Assembly: GCA_963747935.1 (NCBI GenBank)
Contig: CAVVGY010000009.1
Span: forward strand, 72,752-136,751
DNA from: an uncultured Thermoleophilia bacterium
GTDB lineage: Bacteria > Actinomycetota > Thermoleophilia > UBA2241
Direction of reading: 5' to 3'
DNA length: 64,000 bases
Shown here: piece by piece, positions 18,375 through 28,373 of the stretch
Layout: each line of letters begins with the position of its first letter
How positions within the stretch are numbered: position 1 is the stretch's first letter
Translations under genes and position numbers: made by a program
Notes under the pieces: model-generated
What the model was told of the DNA's origin: nothing
The model's database searches: none
The model's input: only the letters and a program-made list of their open reading frames with translations

Positions 18375-19628
18375 CTGTCAACGCTGGACAACGGCCTGCG
18401 TGTGGCCACCGAGCGCATCGAAAGCGTGCGCTCGGTGGCCCTCGGGGTCTGGATCGCCGCCGGCTCGCGGCTCGAGCCGTTGGAGCTCGGCGGCATCTCC
18501 CACTTCATCGAGCACCTGATCTTCAAGGGCTCGGACAAGTACTCGGCGAGTCAGATCGCCCACATCTTCGACGACATGGGCGCCGAGCCCAACGCGTCGA
18601 CCTCCAAGGAGCACACGCTGGTCAATGCGCGGCTCCTGGACGAGAACCTCGACAAGGCGTTCGAGGTCATCGCCGAGATGGTCGCGCGGCCCGCGTTCCC
18701 CGAGCTCGACCAGGAGCGCGAGGTCGTGCTCGAAGAGGTGGCGATGTACGAGGACTCGCCGCCCGAGCTCATCCACGACGAGATCGCCGAGGTCGTGTTC
18801 GGTGAGCACCCGCTCGGGCGCCCCATCATCGGCCACTACGAGACGCTCTCGGCCCTCGACCTCGCTACGGTGCGCAGGTACCACGACGAGCACTACGTGA
18901 ACCCCGGCATCGTCGTGGCGGCCGGCGGCAGCGTGGACCACGACCACTTGTGTGAGCTCACGGCCAAGCACTTCCGCCCCGAGCCCGGCGCCGTCATCGT
19001 GCGCCCGGAGCTGAGCATCCCCGAGACCCGGCACAGGGCGCGCTTCACCCAGAAGGACACGGAGCAGTACCACGTGTGCCTCGGAGGTCCGGGGCCACGC
19101 CGGGGCGACCCGGACCGCTACGCCGTGTTCGTCGTCGACACCATCCTGGGCGGCTCCTGGAGCAGTCACCTCTTCCAGGAGGTGCGCGAGAAGCGCGGCC
19201 TCGCCTACTCCGTGTACTCGTACACCTCGCTGTACGCCGAGGCGGGGCTCACCGCCGTCTACTTCGGCTCGCGGCAGGAGGCGGTCGGCGAGGCCATGGG
19301 AGTCATCCTCGAAGTCCTCGCGGACCTCGAGACCCACATGACGGACGCCGCCATCGAGCGCGCCAAGAACCACCTCAAGGGACAGCTCGTGCTGAGCATG
19401 GAGAGCCCGGGCGCGCGCATGCAGTCGCTGGGTCGCGCCGTGCTCCTCGAGCAACCCGTCCTGAGCGTGGACGAGGTCCTCGAGCGCATCGACGCCGTGG
19501 ACCACGACGCTGTCGTCGCCGCCGTGCGGCGGTACTATGACCCGGAGACGTGGTCCACCGCCTGCATCGGCCCGCTCGCGGAGCCGTTCGAGGCTGTGGC
19601 GCAAGGGTTCTCCTGGGAGGAGCGGTAG
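18375..19628 (+). CDS. M16-family (insulinase-like) zinc peptidase; start codon uncertain
   Basis: LSTLDNGLRVATERIESVRSVALGVWIAAGSRLE...GISHFIEHLIFKG (HxxEH motif). The frame is open from the pnp stop, but there is no ATG/GTG/TTG before the conserved N-terminus. CTG 18375 or ATA 18360 are the only candidates. Confidence 0.75.
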   Translation: MSTLDNGLRVATERIESVRSVALGVWIAAGSRLEPLELGGISHFIEHLIFKGSDKYSASQIAHIFDDMGAEPNASTSKEHTLVNARLLDENLDKAFEVIAEMVARPAFPELDQEREVVLEEVAMYEDSPPELIHDEIAEVVFGEHPLGRPIIGHYETLSALDLATVRRYHDEHYVNPGIVVAAGGSVDHDHLCELTAKHFRPEPGAVIVRPELSIPETRHRARFTQKDTEQYHVCLGGPGPRRGDPDRYAVFVVDTILGGSWSSHLFQEVREKRGLAYSVYSYTSLYAEAGLTAVYFGSRQEAVGEAMGVILEVLADLETHMTDAAIERAKNHLKGQLVLSMESPGARMQSLGRAVLLEQPVLSVDEVLERIDAVDHDAVVAAVRRYYDPETWSTACIGPLAEPFEAVAQGFSWEER

Positions 19629-19633
19629 GCGTC

Positions 19634-20392
19634 ATGATCGACGTCCTGGTCACCGGCGCGGCAGGCAAGATGGGCGCGCTCAGCGCGGCCACCGTGGCCG
19701 CGCAGGACGACCTGCGGCTCGTCGCGCTCGTCGACCCGCGCAAGGGCGACGGGGGAGAGGTGCCCTGGTTCAAGGACGTCGCCGGCGCGCTCGCGCTCAC
19801 GTCGCCGGCCGCCGCGCTCGAGTTCAGCGTGCCCGGCGCGGTGTACGAGAACTCTGCCGCGCTGCTCGACGCCGGCGTGCCGACCGTGGTCGGCGCCACC
19901 GGCCTCACCGACGACCAAGTGGCCGACCTCACCGCGCGGGCACAGGCGTCCGGAGCCGGGCTCGTGATCGTGCCCAACTTCGCGCTCGGCGCCGTGCTGC
20001 TCATGAAGTTCGCCGCCGACGCGGCGCGGTACTACACGCACGCCGAGATCATCGAGACGCACGAGAAGGGCAAGATCGACGCGCCCTCCGGCACCTCACT
20101 GCGCACGGCGCGGCTCATGGCTGAGGCGCCGGGGTCCGCCCTTGTGGCCCCGCCCGGCGCCGGCCAGGAGTCACGCGGCCTCACCGCCGACGGCCGCGTC
20201 ACCATCCACAGCGTCCGGCTGCCCGGCGCCGTGGCGCACCAGGAGGTCGTGTTCGGCGGCGAGGACGAGCTCCTCACCCTGCGCCACGACTCGCTCTCGC
20301 GCCGGTCGTTCATGCCCGGCGTGCTGCTTGCGCTGCGCCGGGCGCCCGACGTCACCGGCGCCGTCATCGGCCTCGAGAACCTGCTTGATTGA
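19634..20392 (+). CDS. dapB: 4-hydroxy-tetrahydrodipicolinate reductase
   Basis: MIDVLVTGAAGKMG...HAEIIETHEKGKIDAPSGTSL... Confidence 0.9.
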   Translation: MIDVLVTGAAGKMGALSAATVAAQDDLRLVALVDPRKGDGGEVPWFKDVAGALALTSPAAALEFSVPGAVYENSAALLDAGVPTVVGATGLTDDQVADLTARAQASGAGLVIVPNFALGAVLLMKFAADAARYYTHAEIIETHEKGKIDAPSGTSLRTARLMAEAPGSALVAPPGAGQESRGLTADGRVTIHSVRLPGAVAHQEVVFGGEDELLTLRHDSLSRRSFMPGVLLALRRAPDVTGAVIGLENLLD

Positions 20393-20426
20393 ACCTGACG
20401 AGCCTGCGACTGGGAGAAGCGACCTG

Positions 20427-21314
20427 ATGAGCGACCCCCTCGGGACCATCTTGACCGCGATGGTGACGCCCTTCGACGCCGAAGGCGCCGTGGACCACGA
20501 GAAGCTGGCCGCGCTCGCCGAGTTCCTGCTCGCCAACGGGTCCGACGGCCTCGTCGTGGCCGGCACCACCGGCGAGTCACCTACGCTCACCGACGACGAG
20601 AAGCTCGCCATGTTCCGCACCGTGGTGGAGACCGTCGGGGGCAGGGCGCCTGTCGTCGCCGGCACCGGATCGAACGACACCGCTCACAGCGTCGGACTCA
20701 CGCGTGCCGCGGAGGCCTGCGGCGTCGACGGCGTCCTCGCCGTGACGCCGTACTACAACAAGCCGCCCGAGCGCGGCGTCCTGGCGCACTTCCGCGCGGT
20801 AGCGGGCGCCACCAGCCTGCCGGTCATCCTCTACAACATCCCCGGGCGCTGCGTCATCAACGTCTCTCCGGAGGCGCTCGCGGAGCTGGGGAACACGGAG
20901 AACATCGTGGCCGTCAAGCAAGCCAACCCGGACCTGGCGGAGACCGACCGGCTCATGGAGTTGAGCGACCTGGCCGTATATGCCGGCAACGACGACATGC
21001 TGTGCGACGTCATGGCGCGCGGCGGCGCAGGCGGCATCTGCGTGGCCAGCCACGTCGTCGGACCGCGAATGGCGCTGGTCGCCCGGCTGTGCCGGGAAGG
21101 CGACCTGGAGGCGGCGCGGGCAGAGGACGCGGCGCTCCACGACCTGTACAAGGCCCTGTTCATCACCGCCAACCCCATCCCGGTCAAGGCGGCGCTGAAC
21201 CTGCTCGGGCACGAGGTCGGAGGCTTGCGCCTCCCGCTCGTGCCCGCCACACCCGAAGAAGAAGACGTGGTGGCCGCGGAGCTCAGAAGGCTCGGTCTGC
21301 TGACCGCCTCCTGA
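20427..21314 (+). CDS. dapA: 4-hydroxy-tetrahydrodipicolinate synthase
   Basis: GTILTAMVTPFDAEGAVDHEKLAALAEFLLANGSDGLVVAGTTGESPTLTDDEK...VAVKQA. Confidence 0.9.
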   Translation: MSDPLGTILTAMVTPFDAEGAVDHEKLAALAEFLLANGSDGLVVAGTTGESPTLTDDEKLAMFRTVVETVGGRAPVVAGTGSNDTAHSVGLTRAAEACGVDGVLAVTPYYNKPPERGVLAHFRAVAGATSLPVILYNIPGRCVINVSPEALAELGNTENIVAVKQANPDLAETDRLMELSDLAVYAGNDDMLCDVMARGGAGGICVASHVVGPRMALVARLCREGDLEAARAEDAALHDLYKALFITANPIPVKAALNLLGHEVGGLRLPLVPATPEEEDVVAAELRRLGLLTAS

Positions 21315-21357
21315 ACCGCGCGGCTCGCCCGCACACACACAGAGAGAAGGCAACACC

Positions 21358-23022
21358 ATGAGTGAAGACGCCGTACGCATCATCCCCCTCGGGGGGCTCG
21401 GCGAGATCGGCAAGAACATGACCGCGATCGAGTACCGCGGCAAGATCGTGGTCGTCGACTGCGGCATCGAGTTCCCCCGGGACGAGATGCTGGGCATCGA
21501 CCTCATCCTCCCGGACATCCGCTGGCTGCTGTCGCGCAAGGACGACGTGCTGGCCTTCGTGATCACGCACGGGCACGAGGACCATCACGGCGCTCTGCCG
21601 TTCGTGCTCAAACAGCTGAACCGGCCCGTCTACGGCAGCCGGTTCACGCTCGCGCTCATCAAGAGCAAGCTCGACGAGCACGGGCTCATCAAGAGCGTCG
21701 AGCTCCACGAGGTCAGCGAGAAGTCCAAGCTCGAGCTCGGACCGTTCGACCTCTCGTTCGTCGCCGTGAGCCACAGCGTGCCCGACGCGCTCAGCGTCGT
21801 GCTGGGCACCAAGGCCGGCGCAGTGGTCATCACCGGCGACTACAAGTTCGACCACACGCCCATCGACGGACGCATCACCGACGTCAACACGTTCGCCCGT
21901 CTGGGTGAGCAGGGTGTGCTGGCGCTGCTGGGCGACTCCACCAACGCCGTCCACAAGGGCTCCACGCCGTCCGAAGCCGTCGTCGGCCAGGCGTTCCACC
22001 AGATCTTCGCCGAGGCCGAAGGCCGCGTGATCGTCGCCTGCTTCGCCTCGCACCTCCACCGCGTGCAGCAGGCCATCCAGATCGCCCACCTGCACGGGCG
22101 CAAGTTCGCCGTCTCCGGGCGCTCGATGATCAAGAACGTCAACATCGCCCGCAACCTCGGCATCCTCAAGGTGCCGGACGGAGCGATGATCAAGCTCACC
22201 GAGATCGACGACTACCGGCCGGAGGAGATCCTCATCCTCACCACCGGCAGCCAAGGCGAGCCGCTCTCCGCGCTCACGCGCATGGCGTTCGACGACCACC
22301 CGCAGGTGGAGCTCAACGAGGGCGACACGGTGGTCATCTCCGCAACGCCCATCCCCGGCAACGAGCTGAGCGTCGGCAACACCATCAACCGGCTGCTCAA
22401 GGTCGGCGCGACCGTCATCTCCGGGCCCGACAGCGGCGTACACGTCAGCGGTCACGGCTCGCAGGAGGACCTGCGCATGATGCTCAACCTCACGCGGCCG
22501 CGGTTCTTCCTGCCGGTGCACGGTGAATACCGGCACCAGCACATCCACCGCGGCCTCGCGCGCGAGTCGGGCATCGCCGAGGAGGACATCTTCATCCTCG
22601 AGAACGGCGACGTCCTCGAGATCGACGGCGAGGACGCCGAGATCGTGGACAAGGTGCCCACCGGCATGGTGTTCGTCGACGGCTTCGAGATCGGCGACGA
22701 GGAGGGGCTGGTGCTGCGCGACCGGCAGCAGCTGGCCGGCGACGGCATCCTCATCGCGGTCATCACCCTGGATGCGCAGAGCGGCGAGGTCGTCGCCGAG
22801 CCGGAGCTGGTCGCCCGTGCGTTCCTGCACGACGACGAGCGGCTCAAGGACATCCTCGACGAGTGCACCGTGGCGCTGGACAAGCTCCTGGACGAGCTCG
22901 GCGCCGACCGCGTCACCGACCAGAAGCTCATCCGCGAGGACGTCAACCAGCGGCTCTCCGAGCTGGTCTTCCAGCGCACCAGGCGCAGGCCGCTCATCAT
23001 GCCGGTGGTCGTCGAGGTCTGA
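21358..23022 (+). CDS. rnj: ribonuclease J
   Basis: 554 aa: IIPLGGLGEIGKNMTAIEY...ITHGHEDHHGALP (metallo-beta-lactamase/beta-CASP fold) plus a C-terminal domain. Confidence 0.9.
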   Translation: MSEDAVRIIPLGGLGEIGKNMTAIEYRGKIVVVDCGIEFPRDEMLGIDLILPDIRWLLSRKDDVLAFVITHGHEDHHGALPFVLKQLNRPVYGSRFTLALIKSKLDEHGLIKSVELHEVSEKSKLELGPFDLSFVAVSHSVPDALSVVLGTKAGAVVITGDYKFDHTPIDGRITDVNTFARLGEQGVLALLGDSTNAVHKGSTPSEAVVGQAFHQIFAEAEGRVIVACFASHLHRVQQAIQIAHLHGRKFAVSGRSMIKNVNIARNLGILKVPDGAMIKLTEIDDYRPEEILILTTGSQGEPLSALTRMAFDDHPQVELNEGDTVVISATPIPGNELSVGNTINRLLKVGATVISGPDSGVHVSGHGSQEDLRMMLNLTRPRFFLPVHGEYRHQHIHRGLARESGIAEEDIFILENGDVLEIDGEDAEIVDKVPTGMVFVDGFEIGDEEGLVLRDRQQLAGDGILIAVITLDAQSGEVVAEPELVARAFLHDDERLKDILDECTVALDKLLDELGADRVTDQKLIREDVNQRLSELVFQRTRRRPLIMPVVVEV

Positions 23023-23037
23023 GCCCGCCGACGTACC

Positions 23038-23083
23038 AGTTCGACGCCGGCGCTGCTAGGGATTCGCGCGCCGGCGTCGAACT
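23038..23083 (+). terminator. long perfect hairpin between rnj and ftsK (terminator or processing site)
   Basis: AGTTCGACGCCGGCG(23038-23052)/CGCCGGCGTCGAACT(23069-23083) form a 15-bp perfect stem with a 16-nt loop, followed by TGTTGTT. It ends 8 nt before the ftsK ATG. Confidence 0.45.
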
Positions 23084-23091
23084 TGTTGTTC

Positions 23092-25650
23092 ATGGCGACT
23101 GCACGCCCGAAACAGGCTCGTAAACGCTCGGGCGCCGCTTCGCGCACGCGCCCCCGCACCGCCTCTGCCACGTACCGCGCCAAAGCCAAGGGCGACGCGC
23201 GCACCAAGCCCAGGGATCCCGGCTCGCGGCACCGCCGCGAACTCGGCGCCATCGCCTGCCTCGCGGTCGCCGTCTTCCTCGCGTTCGTGCTGTACCTGGG
23301 CTGGGACGGCGGCTCGCTCGGGCGCTGGCTCGGCGACGCGGCGCGGTGGCTCGTCGGCGTGCTCGCTTTCGCCCTTCCGCTGCTCCTCGGGTTCCTCGCG
23401 TACCTGCTCGTCGTGCGCGAGGAGAACCGGCCTCGGCGCGGCATGACGTGGGGTGTGGCGTTCATCGTCGCCGGCATCGCCCTTGCGGCTGCCGCGGACG
23501 CGTTCGGCATCTTCAGCGGCGAGCGCCCCGACGCGCTCTTCCGCGACGCGTACATGAGCGGTCACGGCGGCATGCTCGGCGAGGCGCAGTGGGCCGTGCT
23601 CAGCCCGTTCATCGGCCGCGTGGGGGTGGACGTCCTCGTCGTCGCGCTCGTCGTGGCCGGCATCCTGCTGGTCACGGGGTCGTCCCTGCGCCAGTGGGCG
23701 AGTCACAGCAAGCAGGGCGTCGCCAAGGCCGGCCGCGCGGCGCGCAGCCAGGCCGAGGCGTTCGGCGTACGCCGCCAGGAGCAGGCCGACACGCGCCTCG
23801 TGGAGCTCGACGAGTCACCCACCATCGACGCCGCCGACCAGATGCGCACGTCCATCCGCCCGGCGGTGACGCCGGGGCTCGACTTCTCGCGCCCGGTCCC
23901 CTCCGGTCCGCACCTCATCGACGGCGTTGACGAGGCCCCCGAGATCTTCGGCGAGCCGACGCGCCCGCCGGCAGACCCCGAGCCGGAGCCCGAACCCGTG
24001 ACCACCGCCGACGACGGGGTGCAGCTCTCCCTCGCCGCCGCGGCGGCGGCCAAGGCGGCGAGCGAAGATGGGGAGGCAGGTGACGCAGAAGTCGCGCTCG
24101 CCTTCGCCGACGCCGAGAAGCGCCAGTGGGCGCTCCCGGATCCATCCCTGCTGCGCCGGCTCGCCCAGAGCAGCGGGGAGTCCCCGGAGGCCATCGCCGG
24201 CGTGGCCGAGCGCCTCGTCGCGACGCTGGCCAGCTTCAACATCCCGGCGCGGGTCATCGGCACCGTCTCCGGCCCGCGCGTGACCCGGTACGAGCTGCAG
24301 CTCGAGCCCGGCATCAAGGTCGGCAAGGTGGCCAACCTCAAGGACGACCTCAAGTACGCCCTGGCGGCCACCGACGTGCGCGTGCTCGCGCCGATCCCCG
24401 GCAAGACGGCCGTCGGCGTCGAGGTGCCCAACATCCAGGCCAGCTACGTCTCGCTCGGCGACATCCACGGGCTGTTCCCGCAGCACGCCTCGCCGATGTC
24501 GTTCTGGCTCGGCAAGGACGTCACCGGCAAAGCCATCCTGGCCGACCTGGTGACCATGGTGCACCTGCTCATCGCCGGCACCACCGGCTCCGGCAAGAGC
24601 GGCTGCCTCAACGCGCTCATCACCTCGATCCTGCTGCGCGCCACGCCGGACGAGGTGCGCATGATCATGATCGACCCCAAGAAGGTCGAGCTCAGCAACT
24701 TCAACGGCGTGCCGCACCTGCTGGCGCCGGTGGTCACCAACATGAAGCAGGCCACCTACGTGCTGGACAACATCTGCCGGGAGATGGACCGTCGCTACGA
24801 CGTGCTCTCGCGCAACGGCTGCCAGAACATCCGCCAGCTGAACAAGAAGCGGGCGCGCGTCGGCGAAGAGGCCATGCCGTACACCATGGTGATCGTCGAC
24901 GAGCTGGCCGACCTCATGATGGTGGCCCCGTCGGAGGTGGAGGACTCCATCATCCGGCTCGGCCAGCTCGGCCGCAGCTGCGGCATCCACCTCGTGGTGG
25001 CCACGCAGCGACCGTCGGTCGACGTCGTGACCGGCATGATCAAGACCAACATCCCGTCGCGCATCGCCTTCGCCGTCAGCTCCCAGACCGACAGCCGCAT
25101 CATCCTGGACCAGGGTGGGGCGGAGAGTCTGCTCGGCATGGGCGACATGCTGTTCAGCCCCATGGGGAGCAGCAAGCTCCTGCGCGTGCAGGGCGCCCTG
25201 GTCACGAGCGCCGAGATGAAGCTGATCACCGAGCACTGGAAGCGCCAGGCCAAGCCGGAGTACCACGAGGAACTGCTCGAGAACCCGGCCGGGCCCGAGG
25301 CCGAGCAGTCCAAACAGGCGGCCGGCGGCGACGAGTACCTCGCAGACGCCATCAAGACCGTGGTGAACACCGGCGCGGCGAGCGTCGCGTTGCTCCAGCG
25401 CCGCCTGCGCGTGGGCTACGCCCGCGCCGGCCGGCTCATCGACATCATGGAAGAGATGGGCATCATCTCCGGGTACGACGGCAGCAAGGCCCGCTCGGTG
25501 CTCATCGACGAGGCGGGCCTGCCCGCAGCGCTGGCCCGGCTCACCGGCGAGGTCGTCGAGGACCTTCCGGTGGACGACGAGCCCGCTCCGAACACCGAGG
25601 CGCCGGAGGAGCCGCCTGCGGCGGCTGAGCCGGCGCCCGTCACCGACTGA
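23092..25650 (+). CDS. ftsK: DNA translocase FtsK
   Basis: N-terminal TM helices, a linker, a motor domain (LIAGTTGSGKSGCLNALI, MVIVDELADLMM, ATQRPSVDV) and the gamma domain (ASVALLQRRLRVGYARAGRLIDIME). Confidence 0.9.
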   Translation: MATARPKQARKRSGAASRTRPRTASATYRAKAKGDARTKPRDPGSRHRRELGAIACLAVAVFLAFVLYLGWDGGSLGRWLGDAARWLVGVLAFALPLLLGFLAYLLVVREENRPRRGMTWGVAFIVAGIALAAAADAFGIFSGERPDALFRDAYMSGHGGMLGEAQWAVLSPFIGRVGVDVLVVALVVAGILLVTGSSLRQWASHSKQGVAKAGRAARSQAEAFGVRRQEQADTRLVELDESPTIDAADQMRTSIRPAVTPGLDFSRPVPSGPHLIDGVDEAPEIFGEPTRPPADPEPEPEPVTTADDGVQLSLAAAAAAKAASEDGEAGDAEVALAFADAEKRQWALPDPSLLRRLAQSSGESPEAIAGVAERLVATLASFNIPARVIGTVSGPRVTRYELQLEPGIKVGKVANLKDDLKYALAATDVRVLAPIPGKTAVGVEVPNIQASYVSLGDIHGLFPQHASPMSFWLGKDVTGKAILADLVTMVHLLIAGTTGSGKSGCLNALITSILLRATPDEVRMIMIDPKKVELSNFNGVPHLLAPVVTNMKQATYVLDNICREMDRRYDVLSRNGCQNIRQLNKKRARVGEEAMPYTMVIVDELADLMMVAPSEVEDSIIRLGQLGRSCGIHLVVATQRPSVDVVTGMIKTNIPSRIAFAVSSQTDSRIILDQGGAESLLGMGDMLFSPMGSSKLLRVQGALVTSAEMKLITEHWKRQAKPEYHEELLENPAGPEAEQSKQAAGGDEYLADAIKTVVNTGAASVALLQRRLRVGYARAGRLIDIMEEMGIISGYDGSKARSVLIDEAGLPAALARLTGEVVEDLPVDDEPAPNTEAPEEPPAAAEPAPVTD

Positions 25651-25762
25651 CCCTCAGCCTCGCCGCGCGTTTGTCTTCCCAAGGGCGCATTACTAGACTG
25701 TACGTTCGGGTGACCCCCTCTTCGGGGCGCCCCGCCGCCGACTGAGGAGTACCGCATCCACT

Positions 25763-26536
25763 GTGTTTGAGATCGGCAACACGCTGCGCGAGGCCCGCGT
25801 CCGCCGCAACCTGACTCTCCAGCAGGTCGAGGAGGACATCAAGATCCGGGTCAAGTACGTCCAGGCCATGGAGAACGAGGACTGGGACGTCATGCCCGGC
25901 GTCACCTACGTCAAGGGCTTCCTGCGCACCTACGCCACGTATCTGGGTCTCGACCCGGACGTCATCATCGGCGAGTTCCGCAGTCGCGGGATGGTGCCGT
26001 CCCAGGAGCACCACGAGCCATTCAGTGGGTCGTCGGTCATCGGCAAGCCGCGCAGCCACCGTGGGCGCAACACCATCGTCGTCGTCGCCGTGCTCTGTCT
26101 GGTGGCGCTCGCGGCCATCTACGTGGTCGGCCTGCTCAACGGCAACGGTGGTGGCGACGAGCCGACCACCAAGCCGGGTGCGCTGGGCATCGCGAGCCCG
26201 TCGGCTTCGCCGAGCACGTCGCCCAAGCCCAAGAAGAGCGCCACCGCCACGCCGGAGTGGCAGAAGAACCTCGTCAAGCTCGAGGCCAAGGGCGGCGACT
26301 GCTGGATGGAGGTGCGGCGCAACAACAGCACCGGCGTCGTCCTGTTCTCGGGTACGCTCAAGGAAGGCGACAAGAAGAAGTTCAAGGGCAAGGACATCTG
26401 GATGAGCTTCGGTGCACCGGCCAACGTACGACTCGACGTCGAGGGCAAGGACGTCAAGCTCAAGAGCGACACGGGACCGTGGCCGGTCGAGGTCATCCAG
26501 GGGCGCGTGGTCCAGGGCTCCGACATCCAGGGGTAA
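25763..26536 (+). CDS. RodZ-like protein (XRE-type HTH, TM helix, C-terminal DUF4115-like domain)
   Basis: MFEIGNTLREARVRRNLTLQQVEEDIKIRVKYVQAMENEDW...GFLRTYATYLGLD, then one TM helix, a Ser/Pro linker, and a beta-rich C-terminus (CWMEVRRNNSTGVVLFSGTLKEGDKKKF). Confidence 0.7.
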   Translation: MFEIGNTLREARVRRNLTLQQVEEDIKIRVKYVQAMENEDWDVMPGVTYVKGFLRTYATYLGLDPDVIIGEFRSRGMVPSQEHHEPFSGSSVIGKPRSHRGRNTIVVVAVLCLVALAAIYVVGLLNGNGGGDEPTTKPGALGIASPSASPSTSPKPKKSATATPEWQKNLVKLEAKGGDCWMEVRRNNSTGVVLFSGTLKEGDKKKFKGKDIWMSFGAPANVRLDVEGKDVKLKSDTGPWPVEVIQGRVVQGSDIQG

Positions 26537-26539
26537 CGC

Positions 26540-27031
26540 ATGGCCAAGGAATTCTCGTTCGACGTGGTCTCCAAAGCGGACATCAACGAGGTCCGCAACG
26601 CCGTCAACATGGCGCAGAAGGAGATCGCGACCCGCTACGACTTCAAGAAGAGCGCGAGCTCGGTGGCGCTCGAGGACGAGACCATCGTCCTCACCTCGGA
26701 CAACGACGGCAAGCTCAAGCAGGTCATCGATGTGCTCGAGGACAAACTCGTGCGCCGCAAGGTGCCGCTCAAGGCGCTCCAGTACGGCAAGGTGGAGGAG
26801 GCGCTCGGAGGCACCGTCCGCCAGCGCGCGCCCATCGCCCAGGGCATCCCCGACGAGAAGGCCAAGGCCATGAACAAGCTGCTGCGGCAGCGGTTCAAGA
26901 AGGTCAAGGTCCAGATCCAGGGCGACACGGTGCGCGTGTTCTCGGGCAGCAAAGACGAGTTGCAGGCCGCCATGGGTGCACTCCGCGACGAGGACTGGGG
27001 CATCCCGGTCCAGTTCGTCAACTACCGCTGA
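26540..27031 (+). CDS. yajQ: YajQ family nucleotide-binding protein (UPF0234)
   Basis: MAKEFSFDVVSKADINEVRNAVNMAQKEIATRYDFKKS...VQIQGDTVRVFSGSKDELQ. Confidence 0.85.
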   Translation: MAKEFSFDVVSKADINEVRNAVNMAQKEIATRYDFKKSASSVALEDETIVLTSDNDGKLKQVIDVLEDKLVRRKVPLKALQYGKVEEALGGTVRQRAPIAQGIPDEKAKAMNKLLRQRFKKVKVQIQGDTVRVFSGSKDELQAAMGALRDEDWGIPVQFVNYR

Positions 27032-28373
27032 CGCCGCCGCTCACGGCGATCTGAGGCCCCCGACGGGCAGCACCTTCTTCATCCAGACGCTCGGCTGCCC
27101 AAAGAACGAGGCCGACTCCGACGCGCTCGAGGAGCGGCTGCGGGCCGCCGGGCATCGCCCGGCCCCGGCCGGCAGCGCCTCCGTCCTCGTCGTGAACACG
27201 TGCGGATTCATCGACGCGGCCAAGGAGGAGTCCATCGAGGCCATCCTGGACGCCGCGGAGGCCGCGCACGCGCACGGAGCGCGGGTCGCGGCCGTCGGCT
27301 GCCTCGTCGAGCGCTACCGGGACGAACTCGCCGCGGAACTGCCGGAGGTCGACCTCTGGTGCGGCCTCGACACGGCGCCGCTCCTCGCGGCCTTGTCCCA
27401 GAGCGGGGGAGAGGCGCACGGTGATGCCGCACGGCCCGCCGGCGCCGCGGTGCCCGTGCCCCGACGCCCGCGCCCGGTGAGCGCCTACGTCAAGGTCTCG
27501 GACGGCTGCGACCGCCGGTGCTCGTTCTGCGCCATCCCGCTGATCAAGGGCGACTACGAGATCGTCCCGGCGGGCGAAGTCCTGCGTGCGGCGCGCGCGC
27601 AACTCGCCGCCGGCGCGCGCGAACTCGTGCTCGTCGGCCAGGACACGTCGCGCTGGACCGAACCCGGCTGGGGCGGGATGAGCCGCCTGCTCGGCGAGCT
27701 GGCGGCCCTCGAGCCGGCTCCGGCCTGGCTCCGGCTGCTCTACCTGCAGCCCGACGGCGTCACAGACGAGCTCCTGGAGGCCCTGGCGGCGCACGCGGTG
27801 CCCTACGTGGACGTGCCCCTTCAGCACGCCTCCGGCGCCGTCCTGCGCCGCATGCGGCGCTCAGGTGACGGCGCCGCGCACCTCGCGCTGCTCGGACGCG
27901 TGCGCGCGGCGCTTCCCGGCGCGGCCGTGCGCTCGACGTTCATCACCGGGTTCCCGGGCGAGACCGAGGCGGAGTTCGAAGAGCTCGAGGACTTCGTGCG
28001 CGAGGCCGGGCTCGCCGTGGCCGGCGTGTTCGTCTACGACGAGCAGGAGGGCACGGCGGCATCCGGGATGCCCGGCGCCGTGCCGCACGAACTCGCCGTC
28101 GAGCGGGCCGCCCATCTCGGCGAGCTCATCGACCGCGAGGCCGCCCCCTTCTGGCGGAGCCTCGCAGGCAGTACGGTCGACGTGCTCATCGAGCGCGGCA
28201 CGTCGCGGCCCGACGGTGCTTCGGTCGGACGCGTCGCCGTGCAGGCGCCCGACGTCGACGGACGCACCACGGTCACCGGCGTACGGGCACGCAGAGGTGA
28301 CCTGATCCGAGCCGTCGTGAGTGACGCCCTCGGGTATGATGTGGAGGCCGTCGCCGCGACAGGGAGACCGTGA
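26976..28373 (+). CDS. rimO: ribosomal protein S12 methylthiotransferase RimO (radical SAM); start uncertain
   Basis: FFIQTLGCPKNEADSDALE...VKVSDGCDRRCSFCAIP (CxxxCxxC)...TRAM-like C-terminus. ATG 26976 overlaps yajQ by 56 nt and no canonical start lies closer. Confidence 0.8.
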   Translation: MHSATRTGASRSSSSTTADAAAHGDLRPPTGSTFFIQTLGCPKNEADSDALEERLRAAGHRPAPAGSASVLVVNTCGFIDAAKEESIEAILDAAEAAHAHGARVAAVGCLVERYRDELAAELPEVDLWCGLDTAPLLAALSQSGGEAHGDAARPAGAAVPVPRRPRPVSAYVKVSDGCDRRCSFCAIPLIKGDYEIVPAGEVLRAARAQLAAGARELVLVGQDTSRWTEPGWGGMSRLLGELAALEPAPAWLRLLYLQPDGVTDELLEALAAHAVPYVDVPLQHASGAVLRRMRRSGDGAAHLALLGRVRAALPGAAVRSTFITGFPGETEAEFEELEDFVREAGLAVAGVFVYDEQEGTAASGMPGAVPHELAVERAAHLGELIDREAAPFWRSLAGSTVDVLIERGTSRPDGASVGRVAVQAPDVDGRTTVTGVRARRGDLIRAVVSDALGYDVEAVAATGRP

